From the NCBI GenBank assembly GCA_963662545.2, contig CAXXLL010000003.1, forward strand, positions 1,888,001 to 1,952,000: a stretch of 64,000 nt of DNA, in the 5' to 3' direction. The number at the start of each line of letters is the position of its first letter. Position 1 is the first letter of the stretch. This DNA comes from Gammaproteobacteria bacterium. GTDB taxonomy: Bacteria; Pseudomonadota; Gammaproteobacteria; Ga0077536. The notes under the pieces are model-generated. The model had not been told where the DNA came from, searched no databases, and saw only the letters and a list, made by a program, of their open reading frames with translations. The position numbers and the translations under genes are program-made. Positions 1 through 9,814 of the stretch are shown piece after piece.

Positions 1-169
1 GCGGCGTACCGGTGCGCAACACCTTGATGATGGCGCTGTCGAGATCCTTGTTCTGGTGGACGCCGACAAGGAGCTCGTCGATGACATAAACGGTATCGGG
101 CGCGGCCGATGCCACGGGCAGCCAGCAACCCAGAATTAGAAGCGTACAGAATCTAGTTGGCGAAAACAT
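1..169 (-). CDS. SH3-domain protein (TIGR04211/YgiM-like), 5' part only
   Basis: Manual translation from ATG 169: MFSPTRFCTLLILGCWLPVASAAPDTVYVIDELLVGVHQNKDLDSAIIKVLRTGTP; signal peptide then SH3b-like start; runs off the window edge. Confidence 0.55.
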   Translation of the reverse strand, partial: MFSPTRFCTLLILGCWLPVASAAPDTVYVIDELLVGVHQNKDLDSAIIKVLRTGTP

Positions 170-192
170 GCCGCGCAGATTATCCAGCGTCT

Positions 193-2235
193 TCAGGCAT
201 TCAGTCCAGCTTGTCGCAGCAACGGCGCGACGCGAGGTTTGCGGCCGCGAAAGCGCTCAAACAGGGTCATCGCGTCTTCCGCACCGCCGTTTTCTAAGAT
301 GATCGAGCGGAATCTCTTGCCCATTTCCCGATTGAAAATACCTTCTTCCTCAAATAGCGAGAACGCGTCCGCAGACAATACCTCCGCCCATTTGTAACTG
401 TAATAGCCGGCCGCATATCCCCCCGCGAAAATGTGAGAGAAGCTGTGTTGAAAGCGGTTGTAGGAGGGTGGCTCCACGACGGCGACCCGTTGTCTCACGC
501 GCTCGATCAGAGACTGGATGTCCGTTCCTGGCTCGAATTCGATATGCAGCTGGAAATCGAACAGCGCGAACTCCAACTGCCGGACCAATTGCATCGCCGC
601 GTGAAATCGTTTCGATGCGATGAGGCGTTCGTACAGTTCGTCGGGTAAGGACGCACCCGTCTCGTGATGGCGGCTGATGATGTCAAGGGCTTCGCGTTCC
701 CAGCACCAGTTCTCCAGAAATTGGCTTGGCAGCTCGACTGCGTCCCAGGGAACCCCGTTAATTCCGGCCACCGCAAGCCGGTCGATGCGGGTCAGCATGT
801 GGTGAAGGCCGTGTCCGAATTCGTGGAAGAGGGTGATGACATCGTCGTGCGTCAGCAAGCTTGGGCGGTTGGCCACCGGCGGCGTGAAATTGCAATTGAG
901 AAAGGCGACCGGCAATTGTGCGTTCGATCCGTCGTGCCAGCGCACCAGACATTCGTCCATCCACGCGCCGGGCCGCTTCTTCTCCCGCGCGTACAGATCG
1001 AGATAAAAATAGCCGAGCGGCAGGCCATCGGTATCACGAATGGCGAAAAATCGAACGTCGGGATGCCAGGTTTCGACATCGTCGATCGCGTCGAATCCGA
1101 TATCGAACAGTTGCGCGACGACCGCAAACATGCCGTCGATGACATGCGAGAGTGGGAAGTAGGGTTTGAGATCCTCCTGCGAAAGATCGAACCGGTCTTG
1201 CTTGAGCTTCTCCGCGCAATAGCCCATATCCCAGGCCTGTAACTTTTCAATACCGAAACGTCGCCGCGCAAACTCGCCTAATTCATCGAATTCGCGCTCA
1301 GCGTTAGGCGACGCCTTTTCGGCGAGTTCACTGAGAAACTCAAGCACTGCGTTTGTCGAGGACGCCATCTTCGTGGCAAGCGAGTATGCCGCGTAGTTGT
1401 CGAATCCCAGGATGTGTGCAAGCTCCTGCCGCTTGCTCAGAATCGAGGCCATGATGGTGGAGTTGTCGAACCGACCGGCGTCCGGCCCCTCGGCGGACGC
1501 CCGCGTCGAGTAGGCTTCATAGAGCGTGTGCCTGAGTTCACGATCGTCCAGGCGCGTCATCGCCGGCACGTAACACGGCAGATCGAGAGTCAAGGTCCAG
1601 CCGGGGTCATCGTCGCGTTCGGCATTTTGGCGCGCCAGGGCGACGACCGATTCGGGAAGGCCGCCCAGCCTGTCTTCGTCGTCGATATTGAGCTTGAAAG
1701 ATTGCGTCGCATCGAGCACGTTCTCCTCGAAGCGCGTTCCGAGCTGCGCGAGGTCGACTTTGAGCGCGGTCACCCGATCCTGTTGCTCAGCCGGTAGCGC
1801 GACGCCCCCTAGGTGGAAGTCCCGCAATGCGTTGGTAATAACCTTTTTCTGTGCCAGGTCGAATGCCTCGAAGTCCGGATTCGACTGAATGCGTTCATAG
1901 CATCGGAAAAGCAACGCATGCTGGGCGAGTTCACTGGTGTATTCGCTGATGAGGGAAACGCAGGCTTTGTGTGGTTCGCGCATCACCTCGTCGTCGACGA
2001 CATTGTGCAAATGGGCAATGGGCGAAAAAAAGCGTTGCAGTTCGTCCGCCAAGGCTTCCATCGGCGCGGCAACGCGATGCCAGGTGGCCGCATCGGGATC
2101 CGTGGTTAACGAATCGATACGCGCCCGGTGGCTATCGAGCAATGACCTGAGCCGTTGCGGGAAAGAGGCGTAATCCATCCCTGCGAATCGTGGTAGACGA
2201 GCTAAGGTAAACGGGCCGGCCTTCTCATCGTTCAT
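193..2235 (-). CDS. prlC: Oligopeptidase A (M3 metallopeptidase)
   Basis: 680 aa; FHEFGHGLHH zinc motif, WDAVELPSQ, HIFAGGYAAGYYSYKWAE. Confidence 0.95.
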   Translation of the reverse strand: MNDEKAGPFTLARLPRFAGMDYASFPQRLRSLLDSHRARIDSLTTDPDAATWHRVAAPMEALADELQRFFSPIAHLHNVVDDEVMREPHKACVSLISEYTSELAQHALLFRCYERIQSNPDFEAFDLAQKKVITNALRDFHLGGVALPAEQQDRVTALKVDLAQLGTRFEENVLDATQSFKLNIDDEDRLGGLPESVVALARQNAERDDDPGWTLTLDLPCYVPAMTRLDDRELRHTLYEAYSTRASAEGPDAGRFDNSTIMASILSKRQELAHILGFDNYAAYSLATKMASSTNAVLEFLSELAEKASPNAEREFDELGEFARRRFGIEKLQAWDMGYCAEKLKQDRFDLSQEDLKPYFPLSHVIDGMFAVVAQLFDIGFDAIDDVETWHPDVRFFAIRDTDGLPLGYFYLDLYAREKKRPGAWMDECLVRWHDGSNAQLPVAFLNCNFTPPVANRPSLLTHDDVITLFHEFGHGLHHMLTRIDRLAVAGINGVPWDAVELPSQFLENWCWEREALDIISRHHETGASLPDELYERLIASKRFHAAMQLVRQLEFALFDFQLHIEFEPGTDIQSLIERVRQRVAVVEPPSYNRFQHSFSHIFAGGYAAGYYSYKWAEVLSADAFSLFEEEGIFNREMGKRFRSIILENGGAEDAMTLFERFRGRKPRVAPLLRQAGLNA

Positions 2236-2331
2236 AGCCCCATTATGCAGAACGGTGCCATAGCCCGCATATTCAACTACGCAATTGGAACCGATCTTTT
2301 CAGGAAGATTAAGAAACCCTTCCCAAGCGGG

Positions 2332-3300
2332 TCAACCAGCCATCAAACGTACGCCGATGGCCCAGATCGCCGTGCACAACAACGGCACGGCGACCGTCAG
2401 CAGTCCAGCGGCGGTCCGCATGCATGTCTTGATGATGTCATCCTCGGTGCCCGCGGCGATGACGAATGGGCGGCGGCGGTCGCGGGTCCGACCGAGCACG
2501 TCCACGGGCGGCGGACCGCTCCCCTCTTTCTGCCCGGCCGCGACCTCGCGTTCTGCCTCGACGCGCGCCTTTTCCCATTCCTCTGCGTCGATTTGACCGT
2601 CCCCGTTTTCGTCGAAACGCCCTAATATCGAAGCCTGATCGCGTTTCCATTCACGCAGGAGCTCGCCGACGGCTGCATCGGAGTCGAAGCGTGGCCCCAC
2701 CCCGCCGTGGGTCGTGAAATGGCCTATCGCGTATATCGGATCGCCGGGTTCGATACGCTGTTCGTTATAGCGATAGGGTTTTCCCAGCTGACCCAAGACG
2801 CGGGCCCACCAGACGCCGTCGCTATCGTGATAGCGCCCCGGTATGCGGCTGGTCCCGTACCACGTATTGCTATGGGTGGGTGTGACCACGGCGCCCTCTG
2901 GATCAATCGCACAATGACCGCTCGTATCGACGAGATAAAACAACTCCTCGCTGGTCGCCTGATCTACGGTGGTCCATCGCGTCGTTCGCTTGCCGTTGGC
3001 GTAGTGTGTCTCGCGATGCTCGACCTTGTACTTGTACCAGCCGCATAACTTCATCGACAGGGGCGCATGGATGGGCTCGCCGTCCATCAAGTCCGCCATG
3101 CCCTGAAGCTCTATATATCCTTGGGGCGCAGACCGTATGAGAGAAGTTGGCATGTCCTCGATTACCCGTTTGCGTTTCAGGTAGACGAATGCACCGATTA
3201 AGGCGCCGATGGCCATTAGCGTGCACACAATCGCGAGGAACCAGAACTCGCCGGGCTGCGCCTGCTGAATGGTATTGGCGAACGTATCGAGGGTGGCCAT
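2332..3300 (-). CDS. GIDE-domain membrane protein with EF-hand-like loop
   Basis: N- and C-terminal TM helices, IEDMPTSLIRSAPQGYIEL motif, DENGDGQIDAEEW loop; directly downstream of lemA; start uncertain (3300 or 3327). Confidence 0.65.
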   Translation of the reverse strand: MATLDTFANTIQQAQPGEFWFLAIVCTLMAIGALIGAFVYLKRKRVIEDMPTSLIRSAPQGYIELQGMADLMDGEPIHAPLSMKLCGWYKYKVEHRETHYANGKRTTRWTTVDQATSEELFYLVDTSGHCAIDPEGAVVTPTHSNTWYGTSRIPGRYHDSDGVWWARVLGQLGKPYRYNEQRIEPGDPIYAIGHFTTHGGVGPRFDSDAAVGELLREWKRDQASILGRFDENGDGQIDAEEWEKARVEAEREVAAGQKEGSGPPPVDVLGRTRDRRRPFVIAAGTEDDIIKTCMRTAAGLLTVAVPLLCTAIWAIGVRLMAG

Positions 3301-3331
3301 GACGGCGGCGGGCCAGAGAGGATCCAAAAAT

Positions 3332-3904
3332 TTAGTTGAACAAGGCTTTGACGTCCACGTCCTTTCGATCTTCTTCTGAAAACTCCAGGAGCGCCGGTTG
3401 ACCGAAACCGAACCAGCGAGAGATAACGACGTCGGGAAACTGTTGGACGCGTACGTTGTTGAGATTGACCGAGTCGTTGTAGAACTCGCGGCGGTCGGCG
3501 ATGGTGTTCTCGAGTGTCGTGATGCGTTCGCGCAGGTGCTTGAAGTTCTTGTCTGCTTTCAGTTCCGGATAATTTTCGGCCACCGCGAATAGCTTGCCGA
3601 GGCCTTGACGGAGCGATGTTTCAGCGCCGCCCAGGCCGCCTATGTCACCGGTTTCGCGCGCCGCAAAAACCGCGGAGCGGGCGGTCACGACGCGCTCTAG
3701 CGTATCTTTCTCGTGTGCCATGTAGGCTTTGCAGATCTCGACGAGCTTTGGCAATTCGTCGTGGCGTTGCTTGAGTAATACGTCGATGTTCGACCAGGCT
3801 TTGGAAACGTTATGCTTCAGCGTGACGAGGCCATTATAGATCGTAATGCAATAGGCGAGAACGACCGTAGCGAGAACGAGAACGATTATCGTTCCGATGT
3901 CCAT
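3332..3904 (-). CDS. lemA: LemA family protein
   Basis: YNGLV..AWSNIDVLLKQRHD, AENYPELKAD, RREFYND motifs; N-terminal TM helix. Confidence 0.93.
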   Translation of the reverse strand: MDIGTIIVLVLATVVLAYCITIYNGLVTLKHNVSKAWSNIDVLLKQRHDELPKLVEICKAYMAHEKDTLERVVTARSAVFAARETGDIGGLGGAETSLRQGLGKLFAVAENYPELKADKNFKHLRERITTLENTIADRREFYNDSVNLNNVRVQQFPDVVISRWFGFGQPALLEFSEEDRKDVDVKALFN

Positions 3905-4013
3905 GTGCCCTCTCCAATGCGCCGGCATCCGCGTGTATTATCTCACTTAATCGGCGCGCTACGCTGATTCCTTAACTGCCCGGCGCTGACATGTGAACAG
4001 AGGACGAATCGAT

Positions 4014-4478
4014 ATGAAAGGCGATAAGAAAGTCATCGAGTATTTAAACAAGGTTCTAAAAAACGAACTGACAGCCGTCAATCAATATTTCCTCCACGCG
4101 CGCATGTTCAAGAACTGGGGGCTGACAGAGCTCGACAATTATGAGTACAAGGAGTCGACCGACGAGATGAAGCACGCGGATCGGCTCATCGAACGGACTC
4201 TATTCCTCGAAGGGCTGCCGAATTTGCAGGACCTCGGGTTTCTGCGTGTCGGAGAAAATACGGTTGAAATACTGAAAGCGGATCTCGCACTCGAGCACGA
4301 CGCAATTCCCGTCGTGCGCGAGGCCATCGCGTATTGTGAATCCGTCAGCGATTTCGTGACCCGGGAGTTGTTCGAAGCCATCCTCGAAGAAGAAGAGGAT
4401 CACGTCGATTGGCTCGAGACCCAGCTCGATCTGGTCGAGCGCGTAGGCCTCGAGAACTACCAGCAATCGAAGATGTAA
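4014..4478 (+). CDS. bfr: Bacterioferritin
   Basis: [48 protein letters not shown] ferroxidase motifs. Confidence 0.97.
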   Translation: MKGDKKVIEYLNKVLKNELTAVNQYFLHARMFKNWGLTELDNYEYKESTDEMKHADRLIERTLFLEGLPNLQDLGFLRVGENTVEILKADLALEHDAIPVVREAIAYCESVSDFVTRELFEAILEEEEDHVDWLETQLDLVERVGLENYQQSKM

Positions 4479-4518
4479 TTACTGCGTCGAACGGGTTCGC
4501 CGGATACAATCGATAGTT

Positions 4519-4537
4519 GCAAATGGTTCTCATTTGT
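4519..4537. promoter_or_regulatory. Putative Fur box upstream of bfd
   Basis: GCAAATGGTTCTCATTTGT, 19-bp inverted repeat of AATG-N5-CATT type, in an iron-gene context. Confidence 0.65.
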
Positions 4538-4574
4538 ACTACCGTTACGATTGTCGACTTGATAACCGTTAGCT

Positions 4575-4790
4575 ATGTACGTATGTCTCTGCAATAACGT
4601 CACCGAAGGTGACATCGTGGACGCCGTCCAGAACGGTGCACGTACGCTCGATTGCCTGGCCAGCCGGCTGGCCGTTTCGACCTGTTGCGGGCAGTGCCAG
4701 TACTTCGCCGACGCATGCCTCCAGAGCGCACTCGAAGCGACTTCCCCCCTTGCTGCCGCGGCCGGACCGGCGCTGCAGCTAGCGACTTAA
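4575..4790 (+). CDS. bfd: Bacterioferritin-associated ferredoxin
   Basis: MYVCLC...CCGQC [2Fe-2S] motif, adjacent to bfr. Confidence 0.92.
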   Translation: MYVCLCNNVTEGDIVDAVQNGARTLDCLASRLAVSTCCGQCQYFADACLQSALEATSPLAAAAGPALQLAT

Positions 4791-4848
4791 TCTCTTAATC
4801 GAACCGGAAACGGCGCACACGGCATGGATCCGTCCTGATCTAGTGAAT

Positions 4849-4867
4849 GTCAATGCGTCTCATTAAC
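4849..4867. promoter_or_regulatory. Putative Fur box upstream of porin operon
   Basis: GTCAATGCGTCTCATTAAC, 19-bp near-palindrome. Confidence 0.55.
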
Positions 4868-4921
4868 CCCCTCATTTAAAACAAAAGGCGAACCCCTCGA
4901 CTTACCACCAGAGATACGTCA

Positions 4922-6253
4922 ATGAACCGCAGGCAAACGATAACGCTCGCCCTAGCGCTGCTCCTGGCACCGACTTTCACGGCGGCAGAAAGCACCCCGG
5001 ACCTGGAAGAGCTCTGGCGCATCGTGCAGCAGCAACAGCGAACAATACAAACCCTGACGGAAAAGCTCGATGGGGCCCTGCGCGCACTCGATCGGACCGA
5101 GACCCAGCTGGCGGGCGCGCAAGAACAGCTCACGGAGCATTCAGAACGCATCGAGGCGACTGCCGAGGTCGTTGACGAATCCCGTGGTGTATCCAAAGCG
5201 GCGTCCTGGACCGAGCGCACCAGCATCGGCGGCTACGGTGAATTGCATTACAACAACCTCGAGGACAATTCGGTCTCGGCCGACGGCGGTGCGGACGATC
5301 TCAACCGCGTCGATTTTCACCGGTTTGTTCTGTTGGTGACTCATGAATTCAACGACTGGCTGCGCTTTGCTGCAGAAGTCGAACTCGAACACGCCCTCGC
5401 GGGTGACGGAGAGCCCGGCGAAGTAGAAATTGAGCAGGCCTGGATCGAGGCCGATCTGAGTGACAGGCATCACCTGCGTGCGGGACTCGACATCCTGCCG
5501 ATCGGTTTGCTCAACCCAACGCACGAACCGAATACCTTCTACGGCGTCGAGCGCAACCGCGTGGAATCCGAAATCATCCCCAGCACCTGGTGGGAAGCCG
5601 GCATCGGCTTGTTCGGGGACCTCATGCCCGGATTGAGCTACGACCTCGTGATTCACTCCGGGCTCGTGATGCCGACGGCGGGCGCCAGTGCATTTCGACC
5701 TCGCAGCGGTCGTTTGAAGGTAGCCGAAGCCGACGATCAGGATTTTGCGTTCACCGGACGTCTGCGCTACACGGCGCTACCCGGACTCGAGTTAGCGCTC
5801 TCCGGCCAGTACCAGGCCGATTATTCGGGTACCGCCGACGACTTCGACGCCGCTGCCTTCCTCGTCGAGTCCCACCTCGACTATCGTCACGCCAGCGGTC
5901 TTGGATTGCGCGCGCTGTATGCGCGCTGGGAATTGGGGGACGATTCTTCCAGCGCCGTCGACCCACGAACGCGCGACGCGGAAACACTTTCAGGATGGTA
6001 TGTCGAACCCGCCTACCGTTTCGCGATAGGGATCGCCCCGGGCGAATTGGGCATTTTCGGACGTTACAGTCGCTGGGATGAGCGTGATCAACTCGGGCTC
6101 CTGTTCCAGGAATTCGAACGGTTCGATATCGGTATGAATTACTGGCCGCATCCCGACTTGGTGTTGAAATTCGACGTCCAGTGGGAGGACGTGGACGACC
6201 CGGTTGACCGCGTACTCGATGGCTTTAACCTTGGATTAGGTTACCGATTCTGA
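4922..6253 (+). CDS. Outer-membrane porin with N-terminal coiled coil
   Basis: Signal peptide, coiled coil, GGYGELHYN and DFHRFVL..ELEH motifs, C-terminal aromatic signal GLGYRF. Confidence 0.8.
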   Translation: MNRRQTITLALALLLAPTFTAAESTPDLEELWRIVQQQQRTIQTLTEKLDGALRALDRTETQLAGAQEQLTEHSERIEATAEVVDESRGVSKAASWTERTSIGGYGELHYNNLEDNSVSADGGADDLNRVDFHRFVLLVTHEFNDWLRFAAEVELEHALAGDGEPGEVEIEQAWIEADLSDRHHLRAGLDILPIGLLNPTHEPNTFYGVERNRVESEIIPSTWWEAGIGLFGDLMPGLSYDLVIHSGLVMPTAGASAFRPRSGRLKVAEADDQDFAFTGRLRYTALPGLELALSGQYQADYSGTADDFDAAAFLVESHLDYRHASGLGLRALYARWELGDDSSSAVDPRTRDAETLSGWYVEPAYRFAIGIAPGELGIFGRYSRWDERDQLGLLFQEFERFDIGMNYWPHPDLVLKFDVQWEDVDDPVDRVLDGFNLGLGYRF

Positions 6254-6266
6254 TCTTGCCCGCCTA

Positions 6267-6905
6267 TTGTGTGAAGGACGGCGGCTGCCAGAACGCCCGG
6301 CGCCGCGCGGGTCCTACGTACCCGTGGACCACCTTGCAATGATCACTGATGAAACGCGAGCGGGACTCGCCCGGCAAGCCTGTCGTTGCGCGCGTTGGCC
6401 GATTTTCTGCATCGCGCTCCTCGCTGCAGTGCCCACTGCGGCGGTCGATTTCTTCCTCGAACCCGGCGCGTTTCTGGCGGAAACCTTTGCAGGCACTGTG
6501 CCTGAACCGGACAAGTTGTGGCTCAAAGGCCCTATCAAAGAGCAGATCCATGCGATCCTGGGAGCGGGACTCGGTTCGCTCCGGATCAAATACTGGGCCC
6601 GCGATGGACGGACCGCCTGGATCCTTGATGCCATCGGCCGCGACCGCCCGATCACCGCCGGCTTCGTCATCGAGGCAGGCTGCGTCGTACGGGTGGCCAT
6701 ACTGATTTATCGAGAAAGCCGCGGGTGGGAGGTGCGCTACCCATTCTTTACCGATCAATTCTTTGGTGCTCGGTTGATCGACGACGACGCCCTCGACCGG
6801 AACATAGACGGCATAACGGGAGCGACCCTTTCCGTACGTGCCATTACGGGATTGTCAAAAGTGGCGTTGCTCCTGCACCGTGAGGCGCGGAAAATAGCTG
6901 AGTGA
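6267..6905 (+). CDS. FMN-binding (flavinylated) domain protein
   Basis: IDGITGATLS flavinylation motif, YRESRGWEV; true start probably further downstream. Confidence 0.8.
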   Translation: MCEGRRLPERPAPRGSYVPVDHLAMITDETRAGLARQACRCARWPIFCIALLAAVPTAAVDFFLEPGAFLAETFAGTVPEPDKLWLKGPIKEQIHAILGAGLGSLRIKYWARDGRTAWILDAIGRDRPITAGFVIEAGCVVRVAILIYRESRGWEVRYPFFTDQFFGARLIDDDALDRNIDGITGATLSVRAITGLSKVALLLHREARKIAE

Positions 6906-7708
6906 ATACACCAGAAGACCTCCGAATTCGCCCGCAGCCGCCGCGCTTACATCCGGTCACCCGCTGGCACCGGCTCGTCGGCATCGCCAGTACGGCCGTC
7001 GTGCTGCTTACGATCACCACCGGGCTCATTCTCAACCACAGCGACGCATGGGATCTCTCGAAGCGGCGGGCGCGCAGTGCGGCCGTTTACTACCTCTACG
7101 GACATTCAAATCCGCCGCTGTCTTCCTCCTACCGCATCGGCCGTGGATGGATCACGCAAATCGGCTCACGCGTGTTTCTCGATGGTGCCGAGATCCTGCA
7201 ACACCAGGCTTTGTTCGTTGGTGCCGTCGAAATAGAAAACGCGATCCTGATTGCATTTGAAGATGGCGTGGTTGAGCTCGATGAGGATTTGAACGTGGTC
7301 GAACGATATGGTGTGCTGGACGGCTTGAAACCGCCGGTAAAGCAAATCGGCTCGAACGGGGACGACGCCTTTGTCGAGGCGGCGGCGCGCGTTATGCGAT
7401 TCGACACCGCCGCCGCGGCATTCGTTGCGAACGACGGGTTCGCGCCCCGCTGGCAGGCAGCGAGCCCGCTTCCCGATAGTATTTCAAGGGAACTCGTTTC
7501 GAACTACCGCGGGCCAGGCGTGAGCTATGAGCAACTACTACTCGATCTGCATTCGGGACGCCTGTTCGGCGCGGCCGGTGTCGTCATCGTCGATGCGGCC
7601 GCCGTCTGCATGTTGGTCCTGGCGGTGAGCGGCATTTACCTGTGGTTCAAGTTCAAGCGCAACAACCTTCCCCCGCCCCCGAAAGAACTCCCCTCGAATC
7701 GACCGTAA
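6902..7708 (+). CDS. PepSY-associated TM helix protein
   Basis: RWHRLVG..TGLILNH and LLDLHSGRLFG motifs; overlaps the upstream stop codon. Confidence 0.8.
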   Translation: MNTPEDLRIRPQPPRLHPVTRWHRLVGIASTAVVLLTITTGLILNHSDAWDLSKRRARSAAVYYLYGHSNPPLSSSYRIGRGWITQIGSRVFLDGAEILQHQALFVGAVEIENAILIAFEDGVVELDEDLNVVERYGVLDGLKPPVKQIGSNGDDAFVEAAARVMRFDTAAAAFVANDGFAPRWQAASPLPDSISRELVSNYRGPGVSYEQLLLDLHSGRLFGAAGVVIVDAAAVCMLVLAVSGIYLWFKFKRNNLPPPPKELPSNRP

Positions 7709-7744
7709 CCCGGATTAACAGCTTCGCGAAGAAAAATCGTCAGC

Positions 7745-8512
7745 TTATACGACCACAGCCGCGTTCGCGGAACCACACTCCGGACAGCGTGGGTCCTTGC
7801 CGAAACGCATCGACTGCCATTCCATAGCGAGTGCATCCAAGAGCAGTAACCGCCCCGTTAGATCTGCGCCGATCCCCATCAACACCTTCAGTGTCTCCAT
7901 CGCCTGGACACTGCCGATGATCCCTAATAGCGGAGCGACGACGCCGTTCTGCGCACAGGTTTCCGCAACGCTTGATTCGTTCGAATAAAGGCAGCGGTAA
8001 CAAGGACTGTCCTCGTTTCCCGGATGAAACACCGAGACCTGTCCTTCAAAGCGAATCGCCGCACCCGAGATCAAAGGTTTCCGGTGACGCACGCAGTGTC
8101 GGTTAATTTCGAAACGTGTTTCAAAATTATCCGTCGCGTCGACCACGGCATCGACCGTTGGTAGCAATTCGTCGAATGCTTTGCGGTCGAGCTTGTGATC
8201 GTGTGTTTCGATCGCCGTCAATGGGTTGAGCGCAAGTAAGCGGTCACGCGCAGATTCGACCTTCTTCCGTCGTAAATCCCCGCTCGAATGCACGATCTGG
8301 CGCTGGAGATTGGAGAGTTCGACTTCGTCGTGATCGACCAGCACCAGGCGTCCGACGCCGGAAGCCGCGAGGTACATCGATGCCGGCGAACCGAGACCTC
8401 CCAGGCCGATCAGCAAAACAGAAGAATTGATGAGACGGTTCTGTCCTTCGATGTCGATTTGTGGCAGCAGAATGTGACGGCTGTAGCGGAGCAATAGCTG
8501 GTCATCCATCAT
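7745..8512 (-). CDS. moeB: Molybdopterin-synthase adenylyltransferase (MoeB/ThiF family)
   Basis: RYSRHILL, GLGGLG, SNLQRQ, two CxxC pairs. Confidence 0.9.
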   Translation of the reverse strand: MMDDQLLLRYSRHILLPQIDIEGQNRLINSSVLLIGLGGLGSPASMYLAASGVGRLVLVDHDEVELSNLQRQIVHSSGDLRRKKVESARDRLLALNPLTAIETHDHKLDRKAFDELLPTVDAVVDATDNFETRFEINRHCVRHRKPLISGAAIRFEGQVSVFHPGNEDSPCYRCLYSNESSVAETCAQNGVVAPLLGIIGSVQAMETLKVLMGIGADLTGRLLLLDALAMEWQSMRFGKDPRCPECGSANAAVVV

Positions 8513-8954
8513 TGTTCTCCTTAGGCGGCGCGGGATCTCCCGCCTGTACGGTGCGCCGTATCTCTGAGCGTGCCCGCTGTCGGCGACGGATCTCCAGGCG
8601 ACCCGCTTCCCGTCGAGCGTTATGAGCGACGTAAATTCGCTGCACGAGTTTGTCCCAGCCGCCGAGGTACTTCAAATCTTCCCGCTGGACGGATTCCCGG
8701 TAGCAGGCGATGGACCACCGCAAGCGTTCGAGCATGGACAAGCCGTCCAAGTCGAAGTCGACGGCGGCTAGAATCGTCTCGAGGGTAATTGTGCTCGGAT
8801 CGTAGGTGATTATGACGGTAGCCTCGCCAACTTCCAGATTTTCGACACCGGCTATCCCGGCCAGTTCGTCGAGGTCTCGGTCGTTTCCGATCGCGCTCGC
8901 CGGCAGCGCGCGTTGGACGTGCCATCTTCGGTCGGCATCTCGCAGATGCTTCAT
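8502..8954 (-). CDS. Hypothetical protein (weak HMA-like N-terminus)
   Basis: Overlaps both prmC stop and moeB start, consistent with an operon. Confidence 0.55.
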   Translation of the reverse strand: MKHLRDADRRWHVQRALPASAIGNDRDLDELAGIAGVENLEVGEATVIITYDPSTITLETILAAVDFDLDGLSMLERLRWSIACYRESVQREDLKYLGGWDKLVQRIYVAHNARREAGRLEIRRRQRARSEIRRTVQAGDPAPPKENNDG

Positions 8955-9814
8955 GGCCAGACGCCGGAACTCACGCGTTCGCGGCCGGCGAGATCCCGAC
9001 GCGTCGAGATGGTGTTGAATCCACGGAGGCGGAGTAATTCACGCACGCTGTCACCCTGCCGCTCACCATGCTCCAGGAGCAGCCGGCCGCCCGCGGTCAA
9101 ACAGCGTGGCGCATGTTCGATAATCACTACGAGTGCCGACAGCCCGTCCGCTCCGGCATAGAGCGCTTCGGCCGGCTCAAAGCCGAGTGCCGGATCGGTT
9201 TTGCCGCGCTCACTATCGGCCACATAGGGCGGATTGGTCAGGATCGCGTCAAACGCGCGATTAGCGAACGGTCGGAGCCAGTCCGCGGCCACCACGCGGG
9301 TGTTGCGGGCCTTGAGCCGAGTGAGGTTGGCGCGCGCAAGTTCGAGTGCCGGTAAGAACCGATCGGTCGCCGTCACGAAAAATGCGGGTCTCGCCCGGGC
9401 GATCGCCACAGCGATCGCGCCGCTTCCCGTACCGAGATCGGCAACGTGCAGGGCCGGCCCCGGGCGACACAGCTCGAGCGCCACTTCGACGAGCAATTCG
9501 GTCTCCGGGCGCGGCACGAGCACCGCATCGTTGATCGTGAGATCGAGTGAAAAAAACTCGGTGCGACCGGTCAGATAAGGGACTGGTTTTCCGCAGCTGC
9601 GTTCTCGGAGAAGCGTTCGAAATTTTTCGCAGGTGTCGGCGTCGAGTACGCGTTCGGGGTCGGTGTACAGATGAGTGCGCGGGACGGCGAGGCTCATGGC
9701 CAGTAACAGTTCGGCGTCCAGCCGCGGGCTCGAGCTTACACCGAGTTGGCCGACCGCTCGGCGTAAAGCCTCGGCAACAGTGATCGGCGGCGACATAGGT
9801 TCACGTCTCCGCAA
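8951..9814 (-). CDS. prmC: Release factor glutamine methyltransferase
   Basis: [20 protein letters not shown]; downstream of prfA. Confidence 0.95.
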   Translation of the reverse strand: MRRREPMSPPITVAEALRRAVGQLGVSSSPRLDAELLLAMSLAVPRTHLYTDPERVLDADTCEKFRTLLRERSCGKPVPYLTGRTEFFSLDLTINDAVLVPRPETELLVEVALELCRPGPALHVADLGTGSGAIAVAIARARPAFFVTATDRFLPALELARANLTRLKARNTRVVAADWLRPFANRAFDAILTNPPYVADSERGKTDPALGFEPAEALYAGADGLSALVVIIEHAPRCLTAGGRLLLEHGERQGDSVRELLRLRGFNTISTRRDLAGRERVSSGVWP

